A stretch of DNA of 64,000 nucleotides from Bdellovibrionota bacterium (GTDB lineage: Bacteria; Bdellovibrionota_C; UBA2361; JBGSMV01). The translations under genes were made by a program, and so were the position numbers. The notes under the pieces are model-generated. The model ran no database searches. It saw nothing but the letters and a program-made list of their open reading frames with translations, and had not been told where the DNA came from. This document shows, piece after piece, positions 40,824-51,457 of the stretch; positions within the stretch are counted from its first letter, which is position 1; every line of letters begins with the position of its first letter. Where the stretch lies: NCBI GenBank assembly GCA_041739995.1, contig JBGSMV010000061.1, forward strand, positions 42,102 to 106,101, written 5' to 3'.

Positions 40824-41981
40824 ATGTACAAACGATTGTGTAACCTACTGAATAATAATAGTTTTTTTCTATTCGGCGCGCGAGGCGTAGGAAAATCTAC
40901 CCTGATCTCAACGGAATTGGGCCACGAGATCAAAGCGTCTGTGAACCTTCTAAAGGATGATGAATTTTCACCATTATCTGATCGTCCGGACGCGCTAATA
41001 GAGCGGCTGGGGACCCTGGCCCGCGGGGACTTGGTATTTATCGACGAAATTCAGCGTGTGCCGGCTTTGCTAAACACCGTGCATCTATTGATCGAGGAAC
41101 GCGGTCTACGATTTGCGATGACCGGCTCCAGCTCTCGAAAGCTAAAACGTGGAGGATCGAACCTCTTGGCTGGGCGGGCTAGTTTGCGCGAACTGTTTCC
41201 GCTAACTCACGTAGAATACGGCGACGACTTTGAACTGAGTTCGGTTTTGCGCTGGGGTAGTTTGCCGACACTATCGCAACGCTCAACGGATACCGAGCGC
41301 GCCGATTATCTGACAAGTTACGTGAATACGTATTTGCGCGAAGAGATTATCGCAGAACAACTAGTGAGAAAGCTGCCCCCATTCAGGAGGTTTCTTGATA
41401 TTGCTGCGCAAATGAATGGAAAGATCCTTAACTACACTGCCATCGGTCGCGAGGTCGGCGTGGCCAGCGACACTATCAAACAGTACGTCTCGGTGTTGGT
41501 GGAGACCCATATAGGCTTGTTATTGGAGTCGTATCATCGCTCCATCCGGAAACGCCAAACCCAGTCACCGAAGTTTTATCTTTTCGATACTGGACTACCA
41601 CGAGCTATTCAACGGTTACCCGGGGCGCCACTTGCCGAACGAACATCTGCGTATGGCGACACTTTCGAACAATTTATAATCCTAGAAATCTATCGATTAT
41701 GCTCGTATATGAACAAGCGCGCTGATTTTTTTTACTTGCGAACTAAGGACGATGCAGAGATCGACCTCATCGTTGAGTTTCCTGGACAAGCCCCGGTATT
41801 AATTGAAGTGAAGTCATCTAGATCCATTACGGCTCAGCATGTCACGGGTCTTAATAAATTCGCAGCGGATATAGCGAATAGTGGAGTATTCTGTCTCTCT
41901 CAGGACGCAATTCCAAAGAAGATTGGCGCAGTCGACGTCCTTCATTGGAAAGACGGAATAAAGCACCTTGTAGGTTATTAA
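40824..41981 (+). CDS. AAA+ ATPase (AAA_14 + DUF4143-type, PD-(D/E)xK tail)
   Basis: GARGVGKST, FIDEIQ, TGSS, LLAGR, PKFYLFDTG, EIDLI...IEVK. Confidence 0.9.
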   Translation: MYKRLCNLLNNNSFFLFGARGVGKSTLISTELGHEIKASVNLLKDDEFSPLSDRPDALIERLGTLARGDLVFIDEIQRVPALLNTVHLLIEERGLRFAMTGSSSRKLKRGGSNLLAGRASLRELFPLTHVEYGDDFELSSVLRWGSLPTLSQRSTDTERADYLTSYVNTYLREEIIAEQLVRKLPPFRRFLDIAAQMNGKILNYTAIGREVGVASDTIKQYVSVLVETHIGLLLESYHRSIRKRQTQSPKFYLFDTGLPRAIQRLPGAPLAERTSAYGDTFEQFIILEIYRLCSYMNKRADFFYLRTKDDAEIDLIVEFPGQAPVLIEVKSSRSITAQHVTGLNKFAADIANSGVFCLSQDAIPKKIGAVDVLHWKDGIKHLVGY

Positions 41982-42016
41982 GCGCAAATATCTGCCAAAA
42001 AACAGAATACACGTGA

Positions 42017-42997
42017 TTGTCACGGACATTCGTGAAATTTCAAAATTGGGGCGTGCCCATTCTCGTCAGCTCCGCCGAAGGAGAAGGGTGCCTACCAACT
42101 TTGTCGGCTTGGCACAGAGGGTTCAAAGGCGGCGGTCTTGGTCTAGTCGATATTCAAGCAGGCATTAGCGGCTCTTCCTCCGCTCGCATCACTGCCACCT
42201 CTGCAGACTCAGCAACTTTAAGCGGCGTGATAAATCGGGATACGCTTGCCACTCCGGATTGGGATGGCGTTGGTGGAGTGGCGGTGGCGGACATATTCGC
42301 TTTCATCTCCTTCGGTACTTCTGGTAACCCGACTGACGATGCCCTTCGTGCAGCATTTCGAGATCAAGTCTATTTCACTCAGGCAACCACAGATACAGGA
42401 GAAAGTGTCGAAGTAGCCGTAGGCTTCATCAACGGATATTGGTTCGGCCCCACTTCTGACTCAATTGGCGTGATCTCATTCTATCGAGCTGAGGGCTCCG
42501 AAGTGTGGACGCCTATTTCAGGCGCTGCAAACCAGTGTCAGTTTCAAAGTGGCGCCAATAGTCTTGCGGTGAATCCCGCCAACGGCTCTGTCACAAGTGG
42601 AGCAAACTACTCGGTTTCAAACGGCACCTGGGGATTCTCGCTCGACCTCTCTGGCCTCACATTTCTAGAGCAAGGGTCCCAAGCAGGAAACGGCAGCGCT
42701 ATCGACTTTAGTGGTGTGAGCACAGCCGCACGCGCGCTTTCGTCTATCGGAGTAATTCGATCGCGGCTCGATGAGTTAGCGCAACTCCGTGGGCGCTATG
42801 GTGCATTTGAGAGCAGGCTGCAAAGTGCATTACTTCTAGCAATCGGAAACCGAGAAACAGCGACCCAGGCGCGTTCTCGAATCGTCGATGCCGATATCGC
42901 TGCAGAATCTGCCAACCTTACTTTGAAAGATATTTTATAAAAAACAGGCGCCGCTGTTCTCGCACAGGCGAACGTTCAACCTCAGCTCGCCTTATAA
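42017..42997 (+). pseudogene. Flagellin-like remnant (C-terminal domain only, in-frame stops)
   Basis: RGRYGAFESRL...ARSRIVDADIAAESANLT..IL*KTGAAVLAQANVQPQLAL*; no flagellin N-terminal domain. Confidence 0.8.
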
Positions 42998-43000
42998 TTT

Positions 43001-43321
43001 TTAGCTTTCAAGTTCCCGATCACCACTCCCGCTCATATCTGGACAGGCCGCCTGGCCGGGCCCACCGCACGGGCCCGCAGTCGAAGCATCGCCGTTGTTG
43101 TTCGATTGAGATCCGCCCCCATCCTGCATGGCAGTAATGGTGGAGAGATGGGGGTTGAAGCCGCGCATGAGCGCAAATGAAAGTTCGTTAGTAAATGCGG
43201 GAAGTAATACAACTGCGAAGCCGAACGCGAAGAGAATGAGTATCAGATACGCCACAAGACACGCGCCCGCATGACGGCAAGAGCGCCTCCTATTCGGAGC
43301 TAAGCGACCGAGAAAACTCAT
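43001..43321 (-). CDS. Small Flp/pilin-like membrane protein
   Basis: Basic leader RRRSCRHAG, then hydrophobic ACLVAYLILILF and a Gly/Cys-rich tail. Confidence 0.4.
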   Translation of the reverse strand: MSFLGRLAPNRRRSCRHAGACLVAYLILILFAFGFAVVLLPAFTNELSFALMRGFNPHLSTITAMQDGGGSQSNNNGDASTAGPCGGPGQAACPDMSGSGDRELES

Positions 43322-43792
43322 AGAAATCCACCAACCAACTGAGCACGCCTTGAATAGTTCAAGTTTTATTCCACTGAGGTGCCCTCTAAATTGGGGGCAT
43401 GGGAACCGGATATAGCCTCGCCACCGGCCCCATTCAGCCCTGTTATGAGGCGCCCAGCTTCTATGGGGAACTTCTGGATCTCTGGTAGGTGTTAATGGGA
43501 GCCGAAAAGCTCGGTTCTCATCCGGCGCAAGAAGCGCGTTCATATTCTTGATTTCCACACGAATGTTAGTCGCATCGCGGAATCCGTCGCCATCAAAATG
43601 GATAGGTTCATCAAGTTCGAGAACGAGGCCATGTTCTTCTTCCACGACCGCAACAAGCCCACAGAGGTTTCTATAGACTACCAGCCTTCGTGGGCGGCGC
43701 CCATGATAGGCACCTTCAATCCAACGGATTTGACACTTGTTGAGAGGTCCTGTGATTTGTCACGATGAGGAGAGTCAATAGCAGCGAGGACT

Positions 43793-44302
43793 ATGAGCAT
43801 TAGTAAGAAGATAATTGATGAAGTTAAGGTGGTGGGCCTGATTAGTCTGTTTTTTGCAGTGTGGTTTGGCATGCTCATACTTCTCAAGCGCCTCATTCTT
43901 GAGCAGTACCAAATAGCTTTCTATGGAATGTCCCTCGCATTACTCGGTGCGTTAGTCACCGCAAAGGTTGTCGCGGTGTTGGAACACGTACCACTCGGCA
44001 ATTCGATTCGGCGCCTTCCGGCAATCATCGAGGTACTGCTGCGTACGTGCATCTACACCTGCGGGGTTCTCTTTGTGCTCCTACTTGAGAAAGCATTCGA
44101 AGTGCGCCACGAGGCAGGTGGTTTTTGGGCAGCGACGCAGTCGGTATTTTCAGATCGCGACGTCCCTCAGGTCTGGGCCACTACGATTGGTGTATCCGCT
44201 GCATTATTGCTTTTCAATGTGTTCTCGGTGCTTCATCGTCACTTTGGTGGAAAGGAACTTAAGAAAGCTTTCTTTGCCGGGTCTCAGAACAGCAAACCAT
44301 AA
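43793..44302 (+). CDS. Hypothetical membrane protein (about 4 TM)
   Basis: GAGGA RBS and four hydrophobic segments. Confidence 0.75.
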   Translation: MSISKKIIDEVKVVGLISLFFAVWFGMLILLKRLILEQYQIAFYGMSLALLGALVTAKVVAVLEHVPLGNSIRRLPAIIEVLLRTCIYTCGVLFVLLLEKAFEVRHEAGGFWAATQSVFSDRDVPQVWATTIGVSAALLLFNVFSVLHRHFGGKELKKAFFAGSQNSKP

Positions 44303-44435
44303 ACCCTCTCGGAAGCTCCCGTGGGGACTCTCGCGCCCCTCCGGATTGCAATGCAGCTCATTAACTACCGAAAGTGCTCTCTGCGGGGGAAAGCGTGTAT
44401 GCTCTATCTTCTGTTTTATGCCTCAGGAGTGGTTT

Positions 44436-44666
44436 ATGAAAATCATTAGTCTTTCGAGTTCCACGAACCTTCTTTGGCGTGCGTACGTATTCCCGGGCGC
44501 CTTTCTCGTTGTTCTTGGCGTATTGATTGTAATGATGCCAGAGCTGCTTGCACTTATAGTGGCCGCAATCTTTATTTTTGCAGGCAGTGGTTTGTTGCTT
44601 TTCGGCCTGCAAGTGCGCCGTCAAGTACGAAGCTATAGCAAGAGTGACGACATCTGCGTGAACTAG
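44436..44666 (+). CDS. Small 2-TM membrane protein
   Basis: AGGAG RBS; GVLIVMMPELLALIVA hairpin-type hydrophobic pattern. Confidence 0.65.
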   Translation: MKIISLSSSTNLLWRAYVFPGAFLVVLGVLIVMMPELLALIVAAIFIFAGSGLLLFGLQVRRQVRSYSKSDDICVN

Positions 44667-44928
44667 GTTCCGGCTCAAGAATCGCGCATCTCTTCCAAGA
44701 GCGCGCCTCTTCAGTGGCCGAACACCCATGCGGTGCAAAAAGTCGCTACCCCCAAATCACGACCTTCGGGCATGCCGTGTCGCACTGCTAACTTTCTTGG
44801 CGTTCATTGCTGCATAGGCAGAGCACGGAAATCAATCTCACCAGCTCTCGGCACACTTGTGAACCAAAGCAACCAACGGCCTCCATCGAAGTGAGGAAAT
44901 TGGTAACAGCCTTGTTACCGAGCGCGTA

Positions 44929-45471
44929 TCAATAAGGCATGTCTCCAGTCAGAGCGTTGTCTTGAAACGTCGGGTTGGTCTGCATGCCAGGATTTTTAGG
45001 TGGCCTTGGTGTCGGCTGCGGCCTCACCGTCGGACCTCTTCGCGGGGCATGGGGCCCATTGCGAAAGGAGCCAGTGACTGCGCAGTCGTCATCACAAAAT
45101 AGCCAGTTTTTACTAGAGGAATTATCGATATAAACAGGATTACTGTGGGCATCATCGCCCAAGGTGCTTGACGCACGTAGTTGGGTAGGTTGCTCGACCG
45201 TTTCTGAACTCGACGCGCAAGTAACCTTGGTCGTATCGCACACGAGCTCATCGGGACACGCCGCGCAGACGTACTGTGCAGGACGACTGCTCTCAAACGC
45301 TAAACAGTAGCAGGTGGTCTTCTGTGTTTCACAGACCGGGAGATCTACAAAGGGATCACACGGAAGCCCTTCGATGCTATCGACCGTTAGGGCCGACGCG
45401 CTACTCGCCCCAAATACTGTACAGCTCACTATAAAGATACATACCAAAAAGCGACTACCTAACTCTTTCAT
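44929..45471 (-). CDS. Secreted Cys-rich hypothetical protein
   Basis: GGAG RBS, signal peptide ending ASA, about 10 Cys and a Pro-rich tail. Confidence 0.65.
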   Translation of the reverse strand: MKELGSRFLVCIFIVSCTVFGASSASALTVDSIEGLPCDPFVDLPVCETQKTTCYCLAFESSRPAQYVCAACPDELVCDTTKVTCASSSETVEQPTQLRASSTLGDDAHSNPVYIDNSSSKNWLFCDDDCAVTGSFRNGPHAPRRGPTVRPQPTPRPPKNPGMQTNPTFQDNALTGDMPY

Positions 45472-45587
45472 ACTTTACTCCCCTAACAACAACTCTTCTC
45501 GGGGTAGTGAAAGCGAAGGCTATGCCATCCTCATAAAAAGTTGCGCATGACAGGGAACCGAATACTACGAGGAAGCTTTTTAAAAAT

Positions 45588-46070
45588 GGTAGGAAAACTC
45601 AAAACCGTAGTAAGCTCTGTGTGTTACGCAAGTTTGACAGGTTGGCATTGGCACTTTGGTTGAGTTGAGCGCGAGGAAAGAGGACATGCATGAATGGTTA
45701 AGTACCGGTTGCTGGTAGCTGTCGGTAATAGGGAGGGTAGCGCGCGGTCGGCCAGCGCTCAGCCGCTCTTGGGGGAGAAGCTATCCGTGTGATCAGACAT
45801 ATTTAGGCGAGGCTCCGCTAGACCCGAGAGTATAGGGAGAAAGATTCAAGCGGCGAGTGGGATTGAAAAGTGTAAGCGAGGTGGTGCGCGCTGCTGAGGG
45901 AGACCTAGGTTGGTGGTGAGGCGCTGAATTTCTTTTTGGTCAGTAACGAAAGCCTTAATATTCATAGAGCGCCCGCAGCGTGGACAGGCGAGGGGGTTGA
46001 CCTCGAAGACCTTCTTTATGAGGCGCGCCCAGGTAGGGGAGGGTTTGGCGGTAGTTTCTGGCAGTGGGCG
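45588..46070 (-). mobile_element. IS91/ISCR-family remnant: transposase C-terminus (45846-~46070) plus ori-like end
   Basis: Unlisted frame reads WARLIKKVFEVNPLACPRCGRSMNIKAFVTD...LGL...RAPP; downstream non-coding DNA ends GAGTTTTCCTACC. Confidence 0.75.
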
Positions 46071-46079
46071 AATCTCGGA

Positions 46080-46470
46080 CTGCAGGACAGCGGCTCTTTT
46101 TATCTATCGGGAAATATTCTTGGCGCTCGCCATCGACGGGATATATTTACCTTTAGAGATTCCCAGAATCGAGATGAACCCTGATGTCGACCTATTTACG
46201 GAATACATCAACAAAATTCGAGGCAATTCTAATGTACGCTCTCTCGTAATTTCCAACCCGTACAAGCAGAGAGCCTTCAAGGTATGCGACGAACTGGACG
46301 AGCGTGCGACGATCTGCGGTGCGGTGAACCTTATTGTTCATCGCGACAATTCTCTGATTGGCAGCAATATTGACGGCGAGGCATTTTTAATGGGGGCTCG
46401 CGCCGCACTGCCAGCCTTCAAACCACAACACGCGGTAATCTTTGGCTGCGGAGGCGTCTCCACCGTAGTC
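46080..46470 (+). pseudogene. Shikimate dehydrogenase (AroE-like) internal fragment
   Basis: SNPYK, GAVN, GSNIDG and IFGCGGV motifs; both ends missing. Confidence 0.75.
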
Positions 46471-46559
46471 GGAGAGGAGAAGAATCGATTGTCGGGCCCT
46501 CAACACCCTCTCATTCATAGAACCAGAACTCGAATTCATGAGAAATCGATCCCGATTTT

Positions 46560-47681
46560 TTAGCCTGGGAAATTCCTCCAAACCTCAAGTGCTGGGCGAG
46601 CATTTAGATTTTCATCTATTAGCCCCGAATCCTTCCAGAGGTGCGCCAAGGGATCTTTCCCCAGGTTGTTTGTCCAAAGTGCATCGTAGTCGACCATGAC
46701 GAACCAGTTTACAAATGCGAGATCGAGATTCGCGGCCTGGGCGAGCAGGAGCTCAACGTAGCGCTTTTGGAAAGCGGCACTTGAGGGAAGAGTCAAATGG
46801 TACGCGGGTTCAATTAGGTCTTCTGCAATCCAGGAGGTCTCAGTAACTGCCATACGCTTGCTCCCTGAAATTTCAGAGAATTGAGATAGCCAATTGGGGG
46901 GCAAATTATCAGGGTCTGTAGGATTCGCATGACCAAAGAATAAGTATGGGTAGGCACTGATTCCTAACATGTCGACAAACGGCATCAATCTAGGGAGATG
47001 CGTTCTGATATGTTCCGCTTCAGATGAATCTGGATGTTTGGCAGCAATGGAAATTAAAAAGGTTACCTGAGGGTATCGAGCTTTGAGCGTTGCATACACC
47101 CGCTCCGCAAAAACCAAGAAATCTTCGTACTTTGCCAAATCGTTGATCGCGAGCTCGCTTACTTCTGCTCCATAATTGAAATAGCTAGGTGAAAATTCAT
47201 CAATCATGTCGCTCGCAAATTGTATGTAGGCGTCGGCGACCTCTGGATCATTAAAGCGCTTGGTTCTAAATGCTGCGGGTAAAGCCAGATTCTTGGAAGA
47301 CCCCCAGTAATTAGCGAGTCCTCTTCGCGAGGAGTCCAGTGAATCAATTGACAGATATATCTTTCGACTTGAGCCGCCTCTCTCTTTACGCTGCTGAATG
47401 TCGTTCACGAGGTCTGACGAATAGGCAGTTCCGGCTAGGGCTTCTGTCCACGGCACACCACTCTGCAAGTGTTCGTCAATCATCCCGGCATGCTGTTTAA
47501 TTAAAGCGTACAACCGATCCAAGGCATCGTTTGTGGCCTCATATGGCCAGGTGCTAATTCCCAGGAGACGGTTAGTTTGGATAGGGGTGTCGGTGTTAGC
47601 GTCGTCATCACTACCTGAGTCACTTTGAGCGCACGCAGATACCGCTAAGAGTATTAATAAAATGTATTTCAGCCTATGCAC
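46560..47681 (-). CDS. Lipoprotein with glycoside-hydrolase-like TIM barrel
   Basis: Lipobox VSAC; P.Y.NYGAEV, GISAYPY, AVTETSW, W.DSGL. Confidence 0.7.
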   Translation of the reverse strand: MHRLKYILLILLAVSACAQSDSGSDDDANTDTPIQTNRLLGISTWPYEATNDALDRLYALIKQHAGMIDEHLQSGVPWTEALAGTAYSSDLVNDIQQRKERGGSSRKIYLSIDSLDSSRRGLANYWGSSKNLALPAAFRTKRFNDPEVADAYIQFASDMIDEFSPSYFNYGAEVSELAINDLAKYEDFLVFAERVYATLKARYPQVTFLISIAAKHPDSSEAEHIRTHLPRLMPFVDMLGISAYPYLFFGHANPTDPDNLPPNWLSQFSEISGSKRMAVTETSWIAEDLIEPAYHLTLPSSAAFQKRYVELLLAQAANLDLAFVNWFVMVDYDALWTNNLGKDPLAHLWKDSGLIDENLNARPALEVWRNFPG

Positions 47682-47866
47682 GTGAAACCTCTTTTTTATT
47701 TATACGGAGCCTCTTCAGTTTTGGGCGTCACACTGAAGAGAGACGTGTAGCATCAGTTCGTTGATCGATAGATCCTGTTTTATCGCTTTGAAGCCTCAGG
47801 ACCAGGACCCTCTGAATCCTGAACCGCCCAGCCCAAGCCCCACTCTACTCTGAGAACGCGGCCTCC

Positions 47867-48370
47867 TCATATCTCGCCGAATTCGCTGCGCAGTCTATCA
47901 AAGTGGGCAAAAGAGCGTCCATTCTGAGCCAGGGTTTCGTTTGCCAGGGCATTTCCTTCAATCGCCTCTACCTCAGCGCGAGTTAGGTCGTTTATCCAAC
48001 GCGTGTCGTACCTCGCTGGTCGCTTATGACCTGCATAGAATGGATCGTCATCAGTGGTGATGGGAACATCCTCAGTTCTGAGCACCATATTGAAAAAGGC
48101 ACCGTTACCGGCGGGCCCATGGTGTGGAAACTCCTAGTACTGGAGTGCTCCCGGTTCGTACGTATGACTAAGCTCGGCGCTGAGCTTCTTTAGCTCAAGT
48201 TTCGGCCTACACACCAGGTCGTCATAAAACACTGGGTGTATCTTCCTCCCCGCCTCGGCATTCTTCGCTTTGCACTGCGCGGCAATTGACTCGTTGCCTT
48301 GAATCCAGCGCGCAAGCCCCGTCGCAACGTCAAATCCATACCGCCTTTTTTTGCGAGGAGTACCAACCAC
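47867..48370 (-). pseudogene. Sulfotransferase-like C-terminal remnant with an in-frame TAG
   Basis: Track ORFs 48134-48463 and 47867-48088 share a frame: YDDLV..P..EL..L...YEPGALQY*EFPHHGPAGNG...D.RW..DLT..E. Confidence 0.55.
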
Positions 48371-48717
48371 GAGGATCTCGAACCAGATGTAACGCAGCCA
48401 CTTCAACGGTCGCGGTTGTATGAAAGCGCGAAAGCCACTCCGACTTTTTGCTATTCTCAACAATCACTGATTTTTGAAGTCTAGAAACAGCGAACTCGAT
48501 CGCACTACCAGCACTAATCTGCCCAGCGCCCCCTAGAACCGAGCAAGTCTCAAGCCCTCGCGAGGTGCACAGATTGCAGAGAGGCAGATTCTCGTCGGAC
48601 TAGGGACAAAAAGGCATTTAATAATATCTTCTGCATTATTCTTGTTTAATAGCAAATAGTTATCTTCATGTAATTAAGCATTATATCACAGAATGCCGTT
48701 CCCCTCTCATATCCCCT

Positions 48718-49914
48718 TTGAACTTCTATCACCAAGGCTCACCGTCGGACGCTCAGGGATCCAGAGAGAGGAGATGTCGAATGCTTCATCAAGAACGCAA
48801 CCCAGACCCGATGCGGTCGCTTCAAGTACAGGGACCTGGCGCCAGCTGTTACTCTCAGAAGTCTTTCGACCTCATTATGTTCGAGAGTCCTGTGACGCAA
48901 TTCACTGCGCAGAGGCGGGATGTGCCGGTGCCTCGCGAACTTACAGGAAGCGAAGCAGCAAGGTACGCGCAAGGACTCGAAAGTGAGTACGCATTTCTTA
49001 CGGGGCGCTTGAAGCGAGATCTCCCTCCACTGCCAAGCGGTGGTGACGTGCAGGCCTATCACAAATTCTTTCAAGAGCAGCGAGAAGGGAAGCTGACGCT
49101 AAGAGATATTTCGTACAATTCGGGGAACCTCTCCGCAACTTGGGGGGTGGGACCTTACCCTGCATACAATCTGTTTGCTGAAAGCCCGACACCGGCGCTT
49201 GCTGCGTTTGGAGCCAATGTGGGGAGTTCCCTCATGCTGCTCACTTCCGACGGAAGGCTGATTCTCCAATGTCGCAGCGACAAAAACGATAAATACAAAG
49301 GCACGATTGCTGTAGCCGCAGCGGGGCTTGTGAACGCTCCCAAGAAAGATGATGCAGGCACAATTGACGTGCTTCGTGTAAGTGTCGCGAATTTACTGCG
49401 CGAAGGGTCAGAAGAGATTGGGTTGCGAGAACGCTACGAGGCCTCGCTCGGAATATCGGCGATAGTGATCGGGAAACAAACCCTACACCACGAGATACCA
49501 TTTCGACTCACCTCCACTCGAACGGCCTCAGAGTTGCTGCAGTCGGTGCGGACCAATGAGTTCAAGGATTCTCCCGTCGCATTCAGGGAAGCCGCAGTGG
49601 CAATCCCAGCAACATCTGACGCCATAAGAAAACTTCTAGTAGAAAGCAGATGTCCAATACCAGATACTCACGCCGGAATGTTGGTGCAAGAAGCGTTGCG
49701 TGCGCGGCTTGAGACTGAAAACTCTGCCGCAGCATATCGTTGGTTCGGGCGTCTCTTCTTTGATATGGAAGAACAAGCTGAGCACATCGGAAAACTTTGC
49801 GGTGGCTCCTACAATCCCAATCGTACTCTTGAAGAACAGGGGCTGCCGCCGTTAAGGGAAGAGCTAAAGCGACTGTTTGGCCAGGACGTTGAATTTGCTG
49901 AGCCGCCAAAGTAG
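48718..49914 (+). CDS. Hypothetical protein with a degenerate Nudix box (start uncertain)
   Basis: LLTSDGRLILQCRS...AAGLV...LLREGSEEIGL. Confidence 0.6.
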   Translation: MNFYHQGSPSDAQGSRERRCRMLHQERNPDPMRSLQVQGPGASCYSQKSFDLIMFESPVTQFTAQRRDVPVPRELTGSEAARYAQGLESEYAFLTGRLKRDLPPLPSGGDVQAYHKFFQEQREGKLTLRDISYNSGNLSATWGVGPYPAYNLFAESPTPALAAFGANVGSSLMLLTSDGRLILQCRSDKNDKYKGTIAVAAAGLVNAPKKDDAGTIDVLRVSVANLLREGSEEIGLRERYEASLGISAIVIGKQTLHHEIPFRLTSTRTASELLQSVRTNEFKDSPVAFREAAVAIPATSDAIRKLLVESRCPIPDTHAGMLVQEALRARLETENSAAAYRWFGRLFFDMEEQAEHIGKLCGGSYNPNRTLEEQGLPPLREELKRLFGQDVEFAEPPK

Positions 49915-50305
49915 GAGAGGCCCCACATTTTAGGCGCTTAAATCCTGACAGCTCGCAAAAGCACGCTTGTTCCGTCACGACAGAGGGTTTACTACTCACA
50001 TGGCAAGGCTGCGCGTTGCTGCGATCGAAATTCCTCAATGCCTGAGTAGTTTTACTCAATGATTGAGTACGAGCTGACATCCTGCTAGGGGCCACGTATC
50101 CTATCACGGAGCTCACAGCCGACACGCCTTCAATTCTGGCGCATCAGACTGAGATCTAACCCTCGAACCATATCAGACAAAACTTGCGTATCTTACCTGC
50201 CACCACCATACTTTCGCTCGTATGAACTCCAGTAGAAGCACTCCACCCTTCGTGAATTTTGCCATCGGGCCATTTTCACACTCCCCCCTTCGGACCCGCA
50301 CTTCG

Positions 50306-51142
50306 ATGCTGAGGTCCTTTCTGTTTGCCTTGCTTGGGCTGTGCCTTGTGACTGCCCCGGCTTATTCTTGCCCGCGCATAGGAGCATTGGTGGACTTCAA
50401 CTGCGACCAGGACTTAAGGGTGGTGGTAATTGGTGACAGTCTTGTGTCTGGCATCGGCGACACGGAGAACGGGGATATCGGTGGCTACGTCGTTCGTGCC
50501 GCGCGCGCACAGCGCACGATAACATTTACGAATTTGGGTGTTCCCGGGTATCACGTCACACAACTAGTCGCAGATCTCACCGGAAAAGCACGGAGTGCGC
50601 GTTCTAGAAAAATTTGGTTGGCGGTGGCTGATGCCGATGTCGTAGTCCTCGATGTTGGCAGAAACGACCGCTGGGATATGGGAATGCCGATTGATACATA
50701 TCGAGGATTGCGCCGAGCAGCGGTGCGTATTGAGCGAGTGGTTCAAGCGGAAAGAGGTGTCGCTCCTTTAGTGGTCACCGCAGTGCTTATGATTCCTAAT
50801 CGAGGAGCCCAGGCACCGTGGATAGCAGAGCTGAATCAAATTATTGCGAAAAATAATCGTATCGCTCGACCAACGGATTTGCATTTCGACACGATCAGCA
50901 AGCGCCTGCTTTCCGACGATCAGATTCACCCTACTTCGGAGGGCTACGATGAGATGAGTAGGGTGTTCGTACGCTACCTTACTAAGATGCTCCCTCGTCG
51001 CATGAACCGTTTAAGGCCAGATGCCGATCGCGATGGAATTTATGATCTCTTTGAAACGCTGAAGTTTGGAACCGATCCAACGTTATTGGATACAGACGGA
51101 GATGGCATTGCCGACGGCCAGCAGATCTTTGGTAGTTTCTAG
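50306..51142 (+). CDS. Secreted SGNH/GDSL hydrolase with C-terminal Ca-binding DxDxDG repeats
   Basis: IGDS, NLGVPG, GRND, DQIHP; DADRDG and DTDGDG. Confidence 0.88.
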   Translation: MLRSFLFALLGLCLVTAPAYSCPRIGALVDFNCDQDLRVVVIGDSLVSGIGDTENGDIGGYVVRAARAQRTITFTNLGVPGYHVTQLVADLTGKARSARSRKIWLAVADADVVVLDVGRNDRWDMGMPIDTYRGLRRAAVRIERVVQAERGVAPLVVTAVLMIPNRGAQAPWIAELNQIIAKNNRIARPTDLHFDTISKRLLSDDQIHPTSEGYDEMSRVFVRYLTKMLPRRMNRLRPDADRDGIYDLFETLKFGTDPTLLDTDGDGIADGQQIFGSF

Positions 51143-51457
51143 ACGCCGCTCGTCATGCAGCCCGGACAGGAGAATCGATCGACCTCATTGCGTAGTTAAG
51201 AATGCGAGAGGCTGGAGAACCGTCAGGGTAAAGAGGCATGAAGGTGGGAGCGAGAGAAGGCGAAGCTCCAGCACTCTTTTCCAATCTCGACCGAGAGTTA
51301 GTAGATCCTACTAATTTCCAGAGACAAATTAGAGCCTTAGCTCAATGCGGCATATGCACAGCGCTTCACCATAACTCCTATGTGGTGCTTGGTTCGTGGC
51401 TGGAGGTGCCCCCGAGGCCCCAATCCTCTTCAATATCGAACATTCTCGCGTTTCACT

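Noticed and set aside
40824..41981. AAA ATPase as part of a defence system
   Set aside because: Stand-alone, common family, with no partner genes adjacent.
45936..46184. 82-aa plus-strand ORF
   Set aside because: Antisense of the IS91 transposase tail.
42938..48136. Stop-codon reassignment suggested by in-frame TAA/TAG
   Set aside because: TAA, TAG and TGA all terminate conserved genes at expected positions; pseudogenisation is simpler.
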